The notes beneath the pieces are model-generated. The model was not told the origin of the DNA and searched no databases. It saw only the letters and a program-made list of their open reading frames with translations. From Vicugna vicugna (taxonomy: Eukaryota), in the NCBI GenBank assembly GCA_013265495.1, contig MU058531.1, positions 736,678-800,677 of the forward strand: a DNA stretch of 64,000 nucleotides, in the 5' to 3' direction. Position 1 is the stretch's first letter. The number at the start of each line of letters is the position of its first letter. Below are positions 1 through 12,919 of the stretch, one piece after another. A program made the position numbers and the translations under genes.

Positions 1-379
1 CAGCATCCATGTACCTCCAGGGTCAGCTGTCTTTTTCCTCAAGGTTCTGCAAGTCTAGGTATATTTTTTCTTTCATTTGGATAAAAGCACATCCTGTGAA
101 TTAGCTGGACAAGCCCTTCCCAGTGGCCTCCTGGCAGGTGATTACAGGGCCCACATTTGCATTTGTATTTACAACTAAGTTCACACCAAATGAAAGCCAA
201 ATGAGGTTGGAACTTGCTGGTGGATGAGCTTCCAACAGTTTGCAGAGAAAATCTGGACACACTGAGTCATTCCATGACAAATGTTGGTAGAGGAATGTCA
301 ACTGTGAAAAATCTGCGTGGTAGCCATGTCTCCTGAAATTTACCTTCAGCCTCTAAAAATCTGTAATTCTGATGGATTA

Positions 380-830
380 CCATGCCACTCAGGATTTATG
401 CAAGAAACAGATGGCACAATCAAGGGGATAATGGAGGAGAATTCAATGAAGAGACTGTTTACAGAGATGTGGCCAAGATTAAGGGGGATTCAGGAGAGAT
501 GGAGGAGTGCTGCGGTGTGAGCAAGGGTGAGAAGCCTGGAGGGGTTGGGGAGGAAGCTATTACTTCAATCTGGAGAAAGAGAGAGCTGTGACCTTTAGGG
601 AGAGATATAACCAGGGTTTGGGTATTTAGTAGAGAGGGTGCCAGAAGAACACCCCTTCTTCCCTCTTATCTCTATGTAGTGCCAATCTCCTGCTAGTGAT
701 CCCCCTGACCTAACCAGAAGCCAAAGGACAAATATCCCTTGATGCCATTCATATAGGTCAGCCTCCCTGGGCACAAATCAGGGGAGAATGCTGCAGAGTG
801 AAGCTCGTGAGGTAAACAAGACACCAGCCT
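380..830. mobile_element. Ancient LTR remnant (ERVL/MaLR-like, family uncertain)
   Basis: The 'caagaaacagatggcacaatcaagggg...gagaattcaatgaagagactgtttacagagatgtgg' segment resembles old eutherian LTR consensus from memory. Boundaries approximate. Confidence 0.45.
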
Positions 831-1384
831 TGTTCTATGATCCAATGATGTGTTGCTTTGTCCTGATAATAACATTTAAATTAATGTCTTTATTTTCTGG
901 AATGTATAAATATTAATATTCATTATTGAGTGAGAATAAGATTCTAGGGGCACATCTTTCTTTCCCCAGTTCAAAGGAGGTAAGATAAAATGACTACCAG
1001 TTTCTTATTTAAACAAAGAGTTTGAGATTTTATGTCTCACTTAAGTTAACAAATAACATTGTCATTCACTTGCATTGCAGTTTTTTGAGTGGGAAATTAA
1101 GAGGCTGAATTAAATTTAGGAAGGAGGCAAGCATAAAAGTATATTTCCCTGGTTAATTGTTTTTTTTTTTTAAAGGCTGAAAATTGCTATTGGATGACAA
1201 GCAATTTCAAATGTCTTTTGTTGGCCGGAATGATGAATCTGACTTAACAAAAGAAAAAGCCCTCAGTTCTTTTTCACAAATTAAGTTGTCCAAGCACAAG
1301 GAAAGCCATCCCTAAAAATAAGTCTTGAATCAAAGATCTAGTAGCTGTTGAAAAGTACAAAATTTGTTATGAGCTAAAAGGTGA

Positions 1385-1905
1385 CACAACTGATAGGAAA
1401 TTCAATGCAATCTTAGGCCAAAGGAAGATTAAGAAACTTCAGATCCAAGGAATTAATAATTCCATGGGGTGGGGGGTTGCATAGATTAAACAGCACCTGC
1501 AATGCTGAACAGTTAGAGGGGTATGGGTAAAACAACCATCAGATGATGAAGGATCTCAAAACTAGGTTATGAAAACAATTTAGAGATAGTCTGGCTATAA
1601 AGCCTGGAGAAGATTTAAGGAAGATCTGATATGGCAAACATCTAAAGCTGTATGGAAAAACAGTAGACTAGTTGCATGTGACTCCAGGTGGCAGAACTAG
1701 AGCAATGGGGTTAAGTGACAAGCAGAAAGATTTGGACTCAACATAGAGAACAACTGATGAGAAACTAGAAATGTCTACAGATAGAAAACTTTGTCTTTTG
1801 AGGTGGGAGATTGAAGAGGAGAATGGATCTCAAGGATGTTGAAAGAGTCTTACAATGAAGGCATAGCCATACTGAATGATCTTTGAGGTTCTGTGATCTG
1901 TGATT
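1385..1905 (+). mobile_element. L3/CR1 LINE 3' remnant
   Basis: 'gcagaactagagcaatggggttaagtgacaagcagaaagatttggactcaacatag' and terminal 'gatctttgaggttctgtgatctgtgatt' resemble the CR1/L3 3' end. Confidence 0.65.
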
Positions 1906-4299
1906 TGATGACAAAAGAGCATATTGAAACTGATGCTGAACTGAAATGGCTAGCATGGGGCAAGGAAGAAATGATTTAAAATGATTTAAAAATGGAAGAG
2001 AGACACCAACCATGAGTGTATCTGGTGGAGCATAAAAAGAAAGAAATGGGGAACAGATGCAAAAGGCCAGAGAGAAAGAGAGAGAGAGAATAAGAAAATG
2101 TATGTAGTCTAAGGAACAAGGAAAAAGATCAAGAGGGAGATGTGTATTATACTTCAGGGAGGTTACTTTTCTGAAAATGGACTCAAAACAATTTTTATGT
2201 AATTCACTTACTTTGTCACTTATCTTTTTATACTTTCTCAGTTAAACTCCACAGAGAATGTGACACTTTTCCTACCCTTTTTATACCAAAAGTTTTATGC
2301 CAAAACTTGAAATGGCATCTGGAAGGAAAAAAAGCACTAATAAATTCTTATGTCAGTGTCTCAGAAACACTGCATGACTGTACATGAAAATTGTCAAAGA
2401 CTTAACTGTGAAAGTTAGAAAGTATGACTTTAAGCAGAACAGTTCTTCAGATCCTTATCTCCCAAAATGTGCAACGGCTGTTGTATTGTAAAACTGCTAA
2501 GTAAGTGAGACATTCCTTTTCCTCAGCAATTTTTTGGTGCCACTTTAAATTACAGTGAATCGAGAACTTGTGAACCAACAGTGAATTATTATTTTTTATG
2601 CATATGATGGGCAACATTGATTCAGAATCAAGTAATAATTGTAACTTTCAAGAAAAAATTTAAAAAGTATAGAATTTGATTAAAATTAGGCCCTACAGTA
2701 AGAATTTTAAAACAATGGGCTTTAAAGTTGGTTCTTTGTTCTGCTTTCATCTGTAAGGATAACATGATGTAGAGGATTGGCATCTCTTCCCTGACCCTGA
2801 AGATGAAGGAATACTCAACCATAACACTAAAGGATAAGCAAGAAGACAGGTCTTTGGGCTTCTGTGGTGAGATTATCTACCTATCCTTGGAATCCTATAA
2901 AGAAATGAGTAGGACACAGAAGAATGAGAAAGACACCAAAGTCCCACAGGTTCTCAGCAACCAAAAGTCAGCTGAGAATAGTAGCTATTTCTACTCAGAT
3001 TGTCAGAATCCAGTTATCCCAGCCCAAAGATAACCCCTGTGAGGGTTAAAGACCATAATTGAAATCAGTGAGGTCAAGAAACTTGAAGTAAATATATGAA
3101 TCAGTGAGGATTTCCATAGATGAAACTGTCTGCAAAGGTCAATCGGACATGGTCCCTCCCCTTGGGGGGGGCGGGACTCTAGGGCAGGAAATGATGGGAA
3201 CTCGCCTACAAGGATTATAGCAGAGGTATACACATAGTGTATGAAACTCAGTCAAATGAGAGAAGTTCATCGAGGAAAATCAAGAAAAGAAGTAGTCCTC
3301 ACTCTGAGTCTTAAATGATGGGCAGAACTACATCTCACGGAAACAGTGGAAAGAGACAGAAGAGGTTGCAAAAGTAAAGCTACTTGAAATGCCCAGTAGA
3401 CCAGCCATTTGCTCACCATCCCTGGAAACCTCCTGGTATCCCCTGCCATGTCTCATTACCTAATATTCCCGCATGGATATTCCAATAAATACATTCAAAC
3501 TTGGCAATGTTATTTCCCAAAGAGGGTGCCGGAAATTTCCTTAGGCAGCTGACTTGGCAGGAACCTGCTTCTTCCCCTGAACGTTTCAGTCCATGGGGAG
3601 GTAGAAGGATACTCAGGTCTGAGTTGCCACAGATACTCTGTGTGTATCTCAGGGCTCAAGGCACAGAAGGAAGACCACACCCTTGCTGGGAATGCAGCAT
3701 GAGCAAATAAGTAAGCCGAAATAATTCTAAGTGAGAGAATTCAAAGTGGCAGAACAAAGAGCTTCACGGAAACCACAACAGCAACAAAGACAGACACTTC
3801 ATCTGCATCCTTCCATCCAGACTTCTCAAGCTCTAGCCATTTGTACCTGAATGCACTCATTTAATCAAACAGGACATGTGAAGCCTTAGCAATCCATCAA
3901 AGGAGCTGGCTGTGACAAGTCTCTAGCCTGCAAAGCCAGATCTCAAATTGAAATTTTTTGTCCCTTCCAACTGAGCTCCCAAGACGGCTGCCTATTGGAG
4001 GTGGCTTAGAAGTACAACTTTTTACAGTTTGTACCTTAGCTCTAACCCAATGGCTAATACAGATGTGGCTGTAATTCATTTCCTAGTAGAGCCTTCAAAT
4101 ACTCTGTCTCCAATCATTTAGGGAGACAAAGCTACAGACCCAGCACCAGGAGATCATGGAATTTAAGACAGTTTTCCCAAAGAATTGTATTTAATGTAAT
4201 TACTGTATAAAGAAAGTCACCTGCATCACTGGGACCCTTCTGTAGATTTCACTAGGCAAATGGGACATAGCTCTGGTGTGTGAGGGACCTGCAACCATG

Positions 4300-4455
4300 A
4301 ATAATCATTGAGTGCAAACAACAGGCCAGGCACTGTGGTAGGTACTTAACATGCATCCTATCATTCCATCCTCCCAACACCTTTATGAGGGCTTGATGAT
4401 ATTTCTACAGGTGAGAAAACTGAGGCTTAAACAACCTGTGAGGTCACACAGTTGG
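4300..4455 (-). mobile_element. MIR SINE
   Basis: Reverse-strand MIR core 'ttctacaggtgagaaaactgaggctt...gaggtcacacag' and 'ccaggcactgtg'. Confidence 0.75.
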
Positions 4456-4466
4456 AGCTGGAGATG

Positions 4467-5430
4467 GCACGGAGCTTACAATCTAAAAGCAGACCATACA
4501 AGTAAATATGAAATACGTCACACAGCAATAAATGCTAAGGAGCTAAAAGAGAGGGATGGACACAGAAGCATTTTCACTTTTTTTTTTTAAAGGCCCATAA
4601 CTGTTAAGATAAGACCTGAGTGAGTAAGGGGACAACCCTTGCCGACACCTAGGGAAATGTCACCGTAGGGAAAAGGAAACAAATGCAGAGACTCTGACGT
4701 GGGGAGATGGCTGATGTGTTGAGTGAGAGTGAAGAAGCCAGTTCAGCTCGAGCAGAGTGAGTACGAGAGAGGCTGGAAGGGCAGCTTAGCGCTGAAACAG
4801 GGCCCAGACAATGCAGGACCTTGTAAATCACAGAAACAAATTTATATTCTACTCTGAATAACTAGAGAGGCCACTTGAGCAGAGATATAGTACTATCTGG
4901 TTTTTATTGTTAAGGATAGATTTCAATGAAGAAACAGTAAGAGTAGTTAGGAGGCTGTTGTAACCTCTGGGAGAAAGGATGGTGGCAGAGACTAAGGTGG
5001 TAGCAGCAGAAATGGTGGCAGTGGGTCACATTCTGGACATTTATGAAGGCAGAGGTGAAAAGATTAAACTGTTGTTCAGAAGTCAAGTGTGATGAGAGAC
5101 AGGAGGCAAAGTGGACTTTAAGGATTTTGGTTGAACAAAGAGGAGGGCAAAATTTCAATTTCCTGGCCTGGGGAGACTGGTGGGAGAAATACATAGAAGG
5201 CATTGGAAACAGAAGTTCGATTTTGGACATGAGCCTCTCTAAGTGGAAAAAGGTCAATTAGGCAGATGAATATAGGATTTTGGAATTTGGGTGAACATAT
5301 GGGTTGGAGACATACATTTTGAGGTCATCTGTGTACAGATAATATTTAAGGTCATGTAGCTGGATGAGATCACTTTGGGAGTGAGTAGAGATTAAGAAAA
5401 CAGATCTAAGAACAGAGTCCACTGGCTTAA
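4467..5430 (-). mobile_element. L2 LINE fragment
   Basis: Purine-rich antisense L2 text ('gagcttacaatcta', 'gccagttcagctcgagcagagtgag', 'gttcgattttggacatg', 'ggatgagatcac'). Confidence 0.75.
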
Positions 5431-5689
5431 GATTGCATTAAGATGCTCATCACTAGCCCCATCCCTTCAGATGTATATAACTCCCCACTCCCGCAAATGT
5501 CCTTGGAACTTCTCCACCTCACTGGAAAACTATACTTAATAGTTCCCAACTGCATTTTGCCTATGAGAACCCACATCTAACATATTCAACACAGAGATGC
5601 TCTCAAAGCACACACACACGTTATCTCTTTCTGCTAAGAACTGCTTGGCATGATTTGCCTATTTTGCATTTGGGCAAGTTCACGGAGAT

Positions 5690-5870
5690 GAAGAATCAAT
5701 GTCAGAGACCAAACAGGAGCAGTCAGTGAGTTCAGGGAACTCAGAAAGTAGATGCCAGAAGTCAAGAAGTCAAGGCAGTCTAAAAAGAGGGTGTACCAGC
5801 TGTATCAGATGCTGCTGATGCACTGAGTCAAGAAAAGATTAAGAAAACCTGACTGGGATGTGTCCAGAGA
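5690..5870 (-). mobile_element. L2 LINE fragment (continuation)
   Basis: 'gagcagtcagtgag...cagatgctgctgatgcactgagtcaagaaaagatt' resembles antisense L2. Confidence 0.55.
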
Positions 5871-6651
5871 ATGGGAGGAGAGGACAGAAGAGTCAAAATG
5901 ATTGCACCAGATTGCACTTCTACCAGCAGTCTTTAAATGACTTATCACTCGTGGAAGGAGAAGAAACCCTCACCAGATGGCATCCCTGGATACGGCTCCA
6001 CGAAAAATGTCTACACATCCCAGAATTCTGACTTATCTGCACCCCCTCCACCCAGAGCACAAGCTTCAACTTTAAATAATGTCCTGCTTTCCTCCTATTC
6101 TCTGGCCATTCATTACTTGTACCCAATTCGTCCCTAGCAGTAATTGAGTCACTCTAAGTCATCTATCTTACAAGGTTGTCCCTTCTGTGGATGCCAATTA
6201 GTTTTATGCTTAACAATAAGAAACTGCTTCATTCTAAGATGATCAAGATTAAAATGTTACCTACTGAACCTCTCAGTCTTTTCTGGTTAGACATCGTTCT
6301 ATCAACCAAATCACATTCATTTGTTGAAAATGAGGGCATATTTCTTTCTAGATTTTCATGGCAAGTGGCAATTCTTGACGAACATATTCCTGCAAGCCAC
6401 AGTCCTAAAGCCTAATTGAATGCCTAATAGCATTTCAGTCTGTTAGACAGTTGATTCTTTTAGTAGCAGTGAAGTCCCTCCATAAGACCACGTGTAATAC
6501 ACTGATTTTTTTAAATTGGTTTTATCTTTCACCTCCCTCCACATTTTATGCCTGCTAGGAATAGAAGAGAATTAATAACTAGGACTGCATCTCAATCATT
6601 TAGCCCTGGCTTTGTTTTGCAAAAGAGAAAACTGAGGCTCAAATTATGTAG

Positions 6652-6883
6652 AGAGGCGTTTATAGTGATAGGTAAGAATGTAGCTCTGGAGGCAAACAGC
6701 CTAAGTTAGAACTCCGCCTCCATAATTCCTAGTTGTGTGACTTGAATCAACTTACTTCTCATCCACTAAATGGGTACATCAGGTTAGCTCACAAAGTTGC
6801 TGGAAAAACCAATGAAATGACAAATGCAAAGCTCTTCATCTGGTGTTTAAAACATAGCAAAGACACAATAAATGTCATTTATT
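6652..6883 (+). mobile_element. MIR SINE (near full length)
   Basis: 'gtaagaatgtagctctggaggcaaacagcct...ctagttgtgtgactt...acatagcaaagacacaataaatgtcatttatt'. Confidence 0.75.
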
Positions 6884-7867
6884 CCTAATGAGTCTACCTA
6901 AGAGCCGAACCTGTTCACCAGATCTTTCCTTTGCTGCTGCTTCCTCTGGACCGGGACATCTTTTAAACCTGACCCAGTAACAGAATTTGTGCCACAGCAG
7001 CCAAATCAGGTCAGAGGGCGAACATGGGCAGTGAGAACGTGGGGCAGTCTGTGCTTGAGCCAGTGGTGATTTCATCTCAACCAGAGGGACCCCCCTTTCA
7101 CTCGGGGTCGTTTACCCCTGCAGCAGCCCTGGTAGGACCTCCAGGAGGCAGATGCCCCAATGAGATGGGCGTCTCTGATGAGGAGCACAGCTACTGGAAA
7201 GGAAGCAGCTGAGCCTGTCACCACTGACGGCAGTGTTCCTCCTGGGAGTAGGAGACATGTGAATACGTCAGCAGTGAGACAGAAGTAAAGGACAGAGTGA
7301 AGGGTGAGAGCTAAAAGACTCATATCTTTTCTAATGGGACCATTGCCCTCACCCTCTGGCTACTTTGCAGCAAGCCTTCCCTTTGGGAGTTCTTCCCTGC
7401 AGAGATCCTCAGGTTGGCTTTTGCAGGGAGCCTTGGACTGTCATTAACTATTTTTAATTCACACAGAGCACATCCTTCGGGGAGGTATGCCAACCAGACT
7501 TGCAAGACTTTACTGTAAGTGCTCGTTTTAGCCTCGTTTTATTTAATTTATTTTTAGCTACTTCATCTCTCACTTTTTCTATGGAAAGGAAAAAGAATGG
7601 GAAAGAGGGAAATGGTTGAGAGGAAAGGTTCTGACATAAATATAGACGACAAAATGCCTTTTATTCTCCAGTTATGATGGCAGGGAAATTTTTGGGGGGG
7701 AACACAGATGTTCTGGACTTTGATGAATCCTACACTGAGCTGGAAAAAAGCAGAGAGCCATATTCCCCAAACTTTTTTCCTTGAAAATTGTGGAATATTG
7801 CCTTAGCACAGAGACACCACAGAGAAATCTTACAGTATAAAAGTGATTTTGACTCTTCTCCCCACTT

Positions 7868-8935
7868 GTAAGACTTCATATTTTTAGAACAGTTTTAGAT
7901 TTACAAATTGACAAGATAGTACAGAGATTTCCCCTTTACCCCATATCCAGTTTCCCCTATTAGTGATCATTCTACATTAGTATGATTACACTTGTAACAA
8001 AATGAGCCCGCTGAACACCAGAAATTGACACACTATACACTGACTATACTTCAATAAAAATATATTTAAAAAAAATTAATGAGCCAGTGTTGGCACCTTA
8101 TTATTAACAAAAGTCTATACTTTATTATATTCTTTATGTTTTACCTGATGTCCTTTTACTATTCCAGGGTACCATATTACATTTAGTTGTCATGTCTCCT
8201 CAGGCTCTTCTTAAATGTGACGATTTCTCCTTGCCTTGACAGTTTTAGGGAATACTGGCCAGGTATCATAGAATGTCCCACATTGGATTTATCTTTTTTT
8301 TTTTTTCTACCCTGATTTTGTTGGGATTATGAGTTTGGAGGAGGAACACAGAAGGAAGTGCCATTTCTGTCATATCATGTCATTGGTACAAACTGTCAAC
8401 ACAATTTATCACTACTGATGTTAACTTTGATCACGTGGCTGAAGAAGGGTTTGCCAGTTTTCTCCACTGTGACATTACTCAGTTGCCCTTTTCCACGCTG
8501 CCCTCTTTAGAGTCACCGTGTACAGCTCACACTTAAGCAGTGTGGAGTTATGTTCCAAGTAGACACCCCTTAGGGGCAGAGTACCAACTTAAGTTACTTG
8601 GAATTTTTCTATATGGGGATTTTGTCTATTGTCTATTAATTCATTCATTTCAATAATGGATTCTGGATATTTATTTTATACTCTAGATTATACTGCAACA
8701 TTTATTTTCCTGCACAAGTTTTTCCAGCCTTGGCCATTGGGAGCTCCTTCAGTTGTCACCTGTATCCCTTGGACATATCTCCATGAAGAAGAGGTTTTGT
8801 TTGGGGTCCTTTCTTCCTTTGCGGCTGCACTGATGTCTTCAGCCCTGATCCATTATCACAGGGGTCACTGCAGCTTCATCTCCTTGCTGATCCATAAACT
8901 CCTAATCCAGCAATGAGACACCTTGTTCAGGTCAT
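7868..8935 (-). mobile_element. Old L1 (L1MC-like) 3' region
   Basis: 'tttttagaacagttttagatttacaaattgacaagatagtacagag...ccagtttcccctatt' is typical of the antisense L1MC 3' end. Hosts nested insertions. Confidence 0.75.
8009..8077 (+). mobile_element. Extremely 5'-truncated young L1 3' tip with TSD
   Basis: 'gctgaacaccagaaattgacaca...tatacttcaataaaaa' plus A-rich tail, flanked by AATGAGCC (8001-8008 and 8078-8085). Confidence 0.75.
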
Positions 8936-8942
8936 TCGCCAC

Positions 8943-9428
8943 CGTATTAGTGTCCTGTGGCTGCTCTAATAAATTACCATAAAGTTGATGTCTTAAATAA
9001 TAGATACTTATTCTCTTATAGAAGAGGTTTTCAAAAAACATTTTTATTCTGGAGGCCGCAAGTCCAAAGTTAGTTTCTCTGAGCCAAAGTCAAGCTTTTG
9101 GCTTGGCTGCATTTCCTTTGAAGGCTCTAGGGGAGTCTCCTTGTCTTTCTCAGCTTTGGTGCCAGCCAACATTCCTTCACATCACTCCAATCTCTGCCTC
9201 CATTTTCATATTACTTCCTCTTCTTCTGTCTATGTAATCTCTCTCTACCTCTCTTTCCCAAGGATGGTTCTGAGATGGCATTTAGGACCTACCTAGATAA
9301 TTTAGGATAATCTATTTCAAGATCCTTAATTTAATCACATCTATAAAGAGTTTTCAAAATAAGGTAATATTTACAGTTCCAAGGACTAAGACCTGATATC
9401 TTTGACAGCTCTTGTTCAGCCTGCTGTA
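8943..9428 (-). mobile_element. MaLR LTR (MLT1C-like)
   Basis: 'gtattagtgtcctgtggctgctctaataaattaccata...aagatccttaatttaatcacatct...ttcagcct' matches the antisense MLT1 pattern. Confidence 0.8.
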
Positions 9429-9465
9429 TCATTCTTCTATCTACTATTCAAGTCCAGTACACACG

Positions 9466-10060
9466 TGTCAAAAATAAACAAAGCTAGACACTAAGGAAAG
9501 GACAGATTTATTCTAGTATTAACTATTGCAATAGGAAAGAGACTCCAGCATGAACTGAACTCAAGTGCAATTTTCACAGAGGTTACTGGGCAGGTTAAAG
9601 GAAGAATGAGGGAACAGGAAGCAGGAAGCAAGTGGGGCTCCAGCAGAGCCAGGAAAGTGGAAATTCACAGAACACAGAAAGGCAGGGTGGTCAGTGTGAT
9701 TAGGCCATCTGGGTTTGCTAACTGGCATTTACAGAAGTTAGGCTCCTACCTTCCCACAGAGACTGGGAAACAGAAACCCTATCTTCCTGTGTTTGACAGA
9801 ACAAACAGTAAATTCTTTCAGCAGCCCTGACCTTTCCAAAGCAAGTAGGAATTTAAGGGGGGGGGGCTGGAGTCTTCACCTAGAGATGCCGCCTTGAGCT
9901 GTTAGAATCTATGTTAGCATTTGCTCAGGTTCCTTCGTGTGTGCCGGGAGGAACGTCTGTGCTGTGAGTCGGCAGTTTTCACAGGCCAAGGCTGAGGCCC
10001 AGCCAACAAGAGAGCACAGAGAAGCCTGACCAAATTGTGATCAAAGAGAACGTCTTTGCC
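9466..10060 (-). mobile_element. ERV1-class LTR (MER31/MER67-like)
   Basis: Starts tgtcaaaaata and ends 'gaagcctgaccaaattgtgatcaaagagaacgtctttg', resembling the reverse complement of the MER31 5' end. Confidence 0.65.
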
Positions 10061-10064
10061 CCGT

Positions 10065-12385
10065 GGCCAGCAGCACAGGAACGTTGCCCTGTACTGCCAC
10101 GGGAGACAACTCTATCAACTAGGTACAGCGCTTACGCACAGTTTATTCGCCTTTTGTCTTACAGACTATCATTTTCAAAGTTACCTAGGGTCAGCCCTTT
10201 CCCTCTCATATTCCTTAGTGGGGTTGTTTCCTATATTTATTACAGTAAAAAATTTCCTGTCTCCATCTGCATCTCTTTCTGGGATCCTTCACCTCCTAAA
10301 TAACTTTTGTTTATTTGAATACATTAAGGTCCATTCTTTGTGCTGTAAAGTTGTGTGGGTTTTGACAAGTGTATAATGGGAGGTGAGTGTGTACCATTAC
10401 AACATGATACAACACAGGAAAAAATGCCCTGTGCTTCACCTATTTAACTCTCTCTTCCTCCTCCCTCACCCTCTGGTAACCATCAGTCTTTTTTATTATC
10501 TCTACATTTTTGGCTTTTCCAGAACGTCATATAATTGGAATCATACAGTACATAGCCTTTTCAGACTGGCGTCTCTACTTAGAAATATGGACTTAAAATC
10601 CATCCATGACTTTTTGTACCTTAATAGTTCATATTTTTTTATCACTGAATAATATTCCATTGTGTGGCTGTACTACCATTTGTTTATATATTCACCTATT
10701 GAAGGACATGTTGGTTGCTTCAATTTTTGATGACTGTGAATAAAGTTGCTATAAACATTCATGTGCAGGTTTTTGTGTGGACATGATTTTTCAAACCAGG
10801 AGCATGATTACTGGATTATTTGATAAGACCACGTTTAACTTTAGAAGAAACTACCAAAATGTAGGTTTGCCATTTTCCATTCTCACCAGCAATGAATGGG
10901 AGTTGCTCTTCTTCTGCATCCTCATTTGCAACTGGTATTTTCAGCTTTTTTTTTTTTTTGGTATTTTAGCTATTCTAATAGGCATACAGTGGTATCTCAT
11001 TATTGTTTTAATTTGAAATTCTCAATCATAAGTGTTGTGAATGGAGTATGTTTTCATACACCAGATTTATATCCTCTTGGGTAAAGAGTCTGAGATCTTT
11101 TGCCAGGTTTTCAATTGGATTGTTTTGTTGCTGTTGTTGAGTTTTAAGAGTTATTTGGATATTTTAGCTACAAGGCCTTTGTCAGATATGCATCTTGCAA
11201 GTATTTTCTTCTAATCTGGGCTCATGTTTCATTCTGATAACAGTGTCTTTCATAGAGAAAAGGTTTTAATTTAATAAAATTCAACTTAGCAATTCTTCTT
11301 TCATGGATCATGCTTTTGGTGTTATATCTAAAAACTCATCACCAAATCCAAGATCATCTAGGTCTTCTCCTATGTTATCTTCTAGAAGTTTTATAATTTT
11401 GCATTTTATATTTAGGTCTATGACCATTTTGTGTTAGTTTTTGTGACAGATGTAAGGTCTATGTTTAGATTCTTTTTTTTGCAGGTGTATGTCCAAATGT
11501 TCCAGTACCATTTGTTAAAGACCATCCTTTCTCTACTGAATTGCCTTCATTCCTTTGCTAAAGATCAGTTCATTGCATTTTGGGAGTCTATTTCTGAGCC
11601 TTCTAGTCTGTCCACTGATCTTTATGTCTGTTCTTCTACCAATACACACTTTCTCAATGACGGTAGCTTTATAGTAAGTCTTGAAATTGGGTAATGAGTT
11701 CTCAGAATTTACCTTTTTGGTACTGTCTTGGCTATTCTAGCTCTTTGAACTCTCCATATAAACTTTTGAATTAGCTTTACAAAATCCACAAAATAGCATG
11801 CTACAATTTTGACTGGGATTGCACTGAATCTATAGATCTAGTTGGGAAGAACACACATCTTAGTATTAAGTGTTCCAATCTATGAACAGAGAAGAACTCA
11901 TTCATTTATACCTTCTTTGTTTTCTTTCTTCAGAATCTTATAATTTTCTGTATATCAATCTTGTACATATCATTATATTTATTGTTAAGCATTTCTTTTT
12001 TATTTTTGGAATTGCAAATGATGTTTTTAAATTTCAAATTAATTGTTCATTGTTAGTATATAGGAAAGCAACTGACTTCTGCATATCAACCTTATAAATT
12101 GTGACTAAATTCTCACTTATTTCTAAGAAATTTTTGTTGATTCTTTGGGGTTTCTCCATAGCCAATCATGTTATCTGCGATCAGAGTTTTATTTCTCCCT
12201 TCCCAATAGTTATATCCTTTATTTTCTTTTGTGTTTTATTGCACCAGCTGGCATTTGCAGCATAATACTAAATGCAAGTGGTAAGAGAGGACATCATTCC
12301 TTGTTTTCAGTTGTTGAGGGAAGCTTCTTGTTTCTCACCATCAAGTATTATGTTAGCTACAGGGTTTTTGTAGATCATTTTCACT
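10065..12385 (-). mobile_element. Old L1 (L1MC/L1M) 3' UTR and ORF2 remnants
   Basis: Antisense L1 text ('aatattccattgtgtgg', 'cattctcaccagcaatgaatg', 'ttttggtgttatatctaaaaactc', 'gcactgaatctatagatc'). Many stops. Confidence 0.85.
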
Positions 12386-12674
12386 TTTAAGATTCCATGT
12401 TTTCCAAATTTATTTGACCATGAGGCCATTTGATGGATGTACACCTATTAATATTTCACTCAACAATGGTGTTCATGGAACACACATACACACATTAATC
12501 ATGATAATAATTATTCAGGAGTAACAGATCAAATTTGCCCTCAGGAGAAGGTAAGACCAATACTAGTGAGAGAGAAAACACTGGCATGATTCCTCTATCT
12601 GGTTGCCAAAATAATCTGAGCTGGTACATGAATATCTTGGGTTTTATACCCATGGTTTCTAACCTTTATGCCCA

Positions 12675-12795
12675 CCTGATTCATTCATTCATTCATTCCT
12701 TCATAAAATATTTGTTTTGTGCTCTCAAATTAGTTACAAGACTACAAAGATGAATAAGGCATAATTCTTGCACTGGAGGAATGTAGTCTAGTGGA
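12675..12795 (-). mobile_element. L2 3' end
   Basis: (TCAT)n tail followed by 'aagatgaataaggcataattcttgcact...agtctagtgg'. Confidence 0.65.
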
Positions 12796-12919
12796 AAAAT
12801 AATTGACTAAATCCCAAGCAGCCCACCTGCTTATATGGAAAAGAAAGCAACCCAAAATGTCCCCTCAGGAAGCCATTTCAGGGTAACTTTGAGTCTAACT
12901 ACACACAGTTTTTACCAGG

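Noticed and set aside
7072..7323. GC-richer block with ORFs and minus-strand splice-like sites
   Set aside because: No recognisable peptide in the frames examined and only a weak donor, so support for an exon is insufficient.
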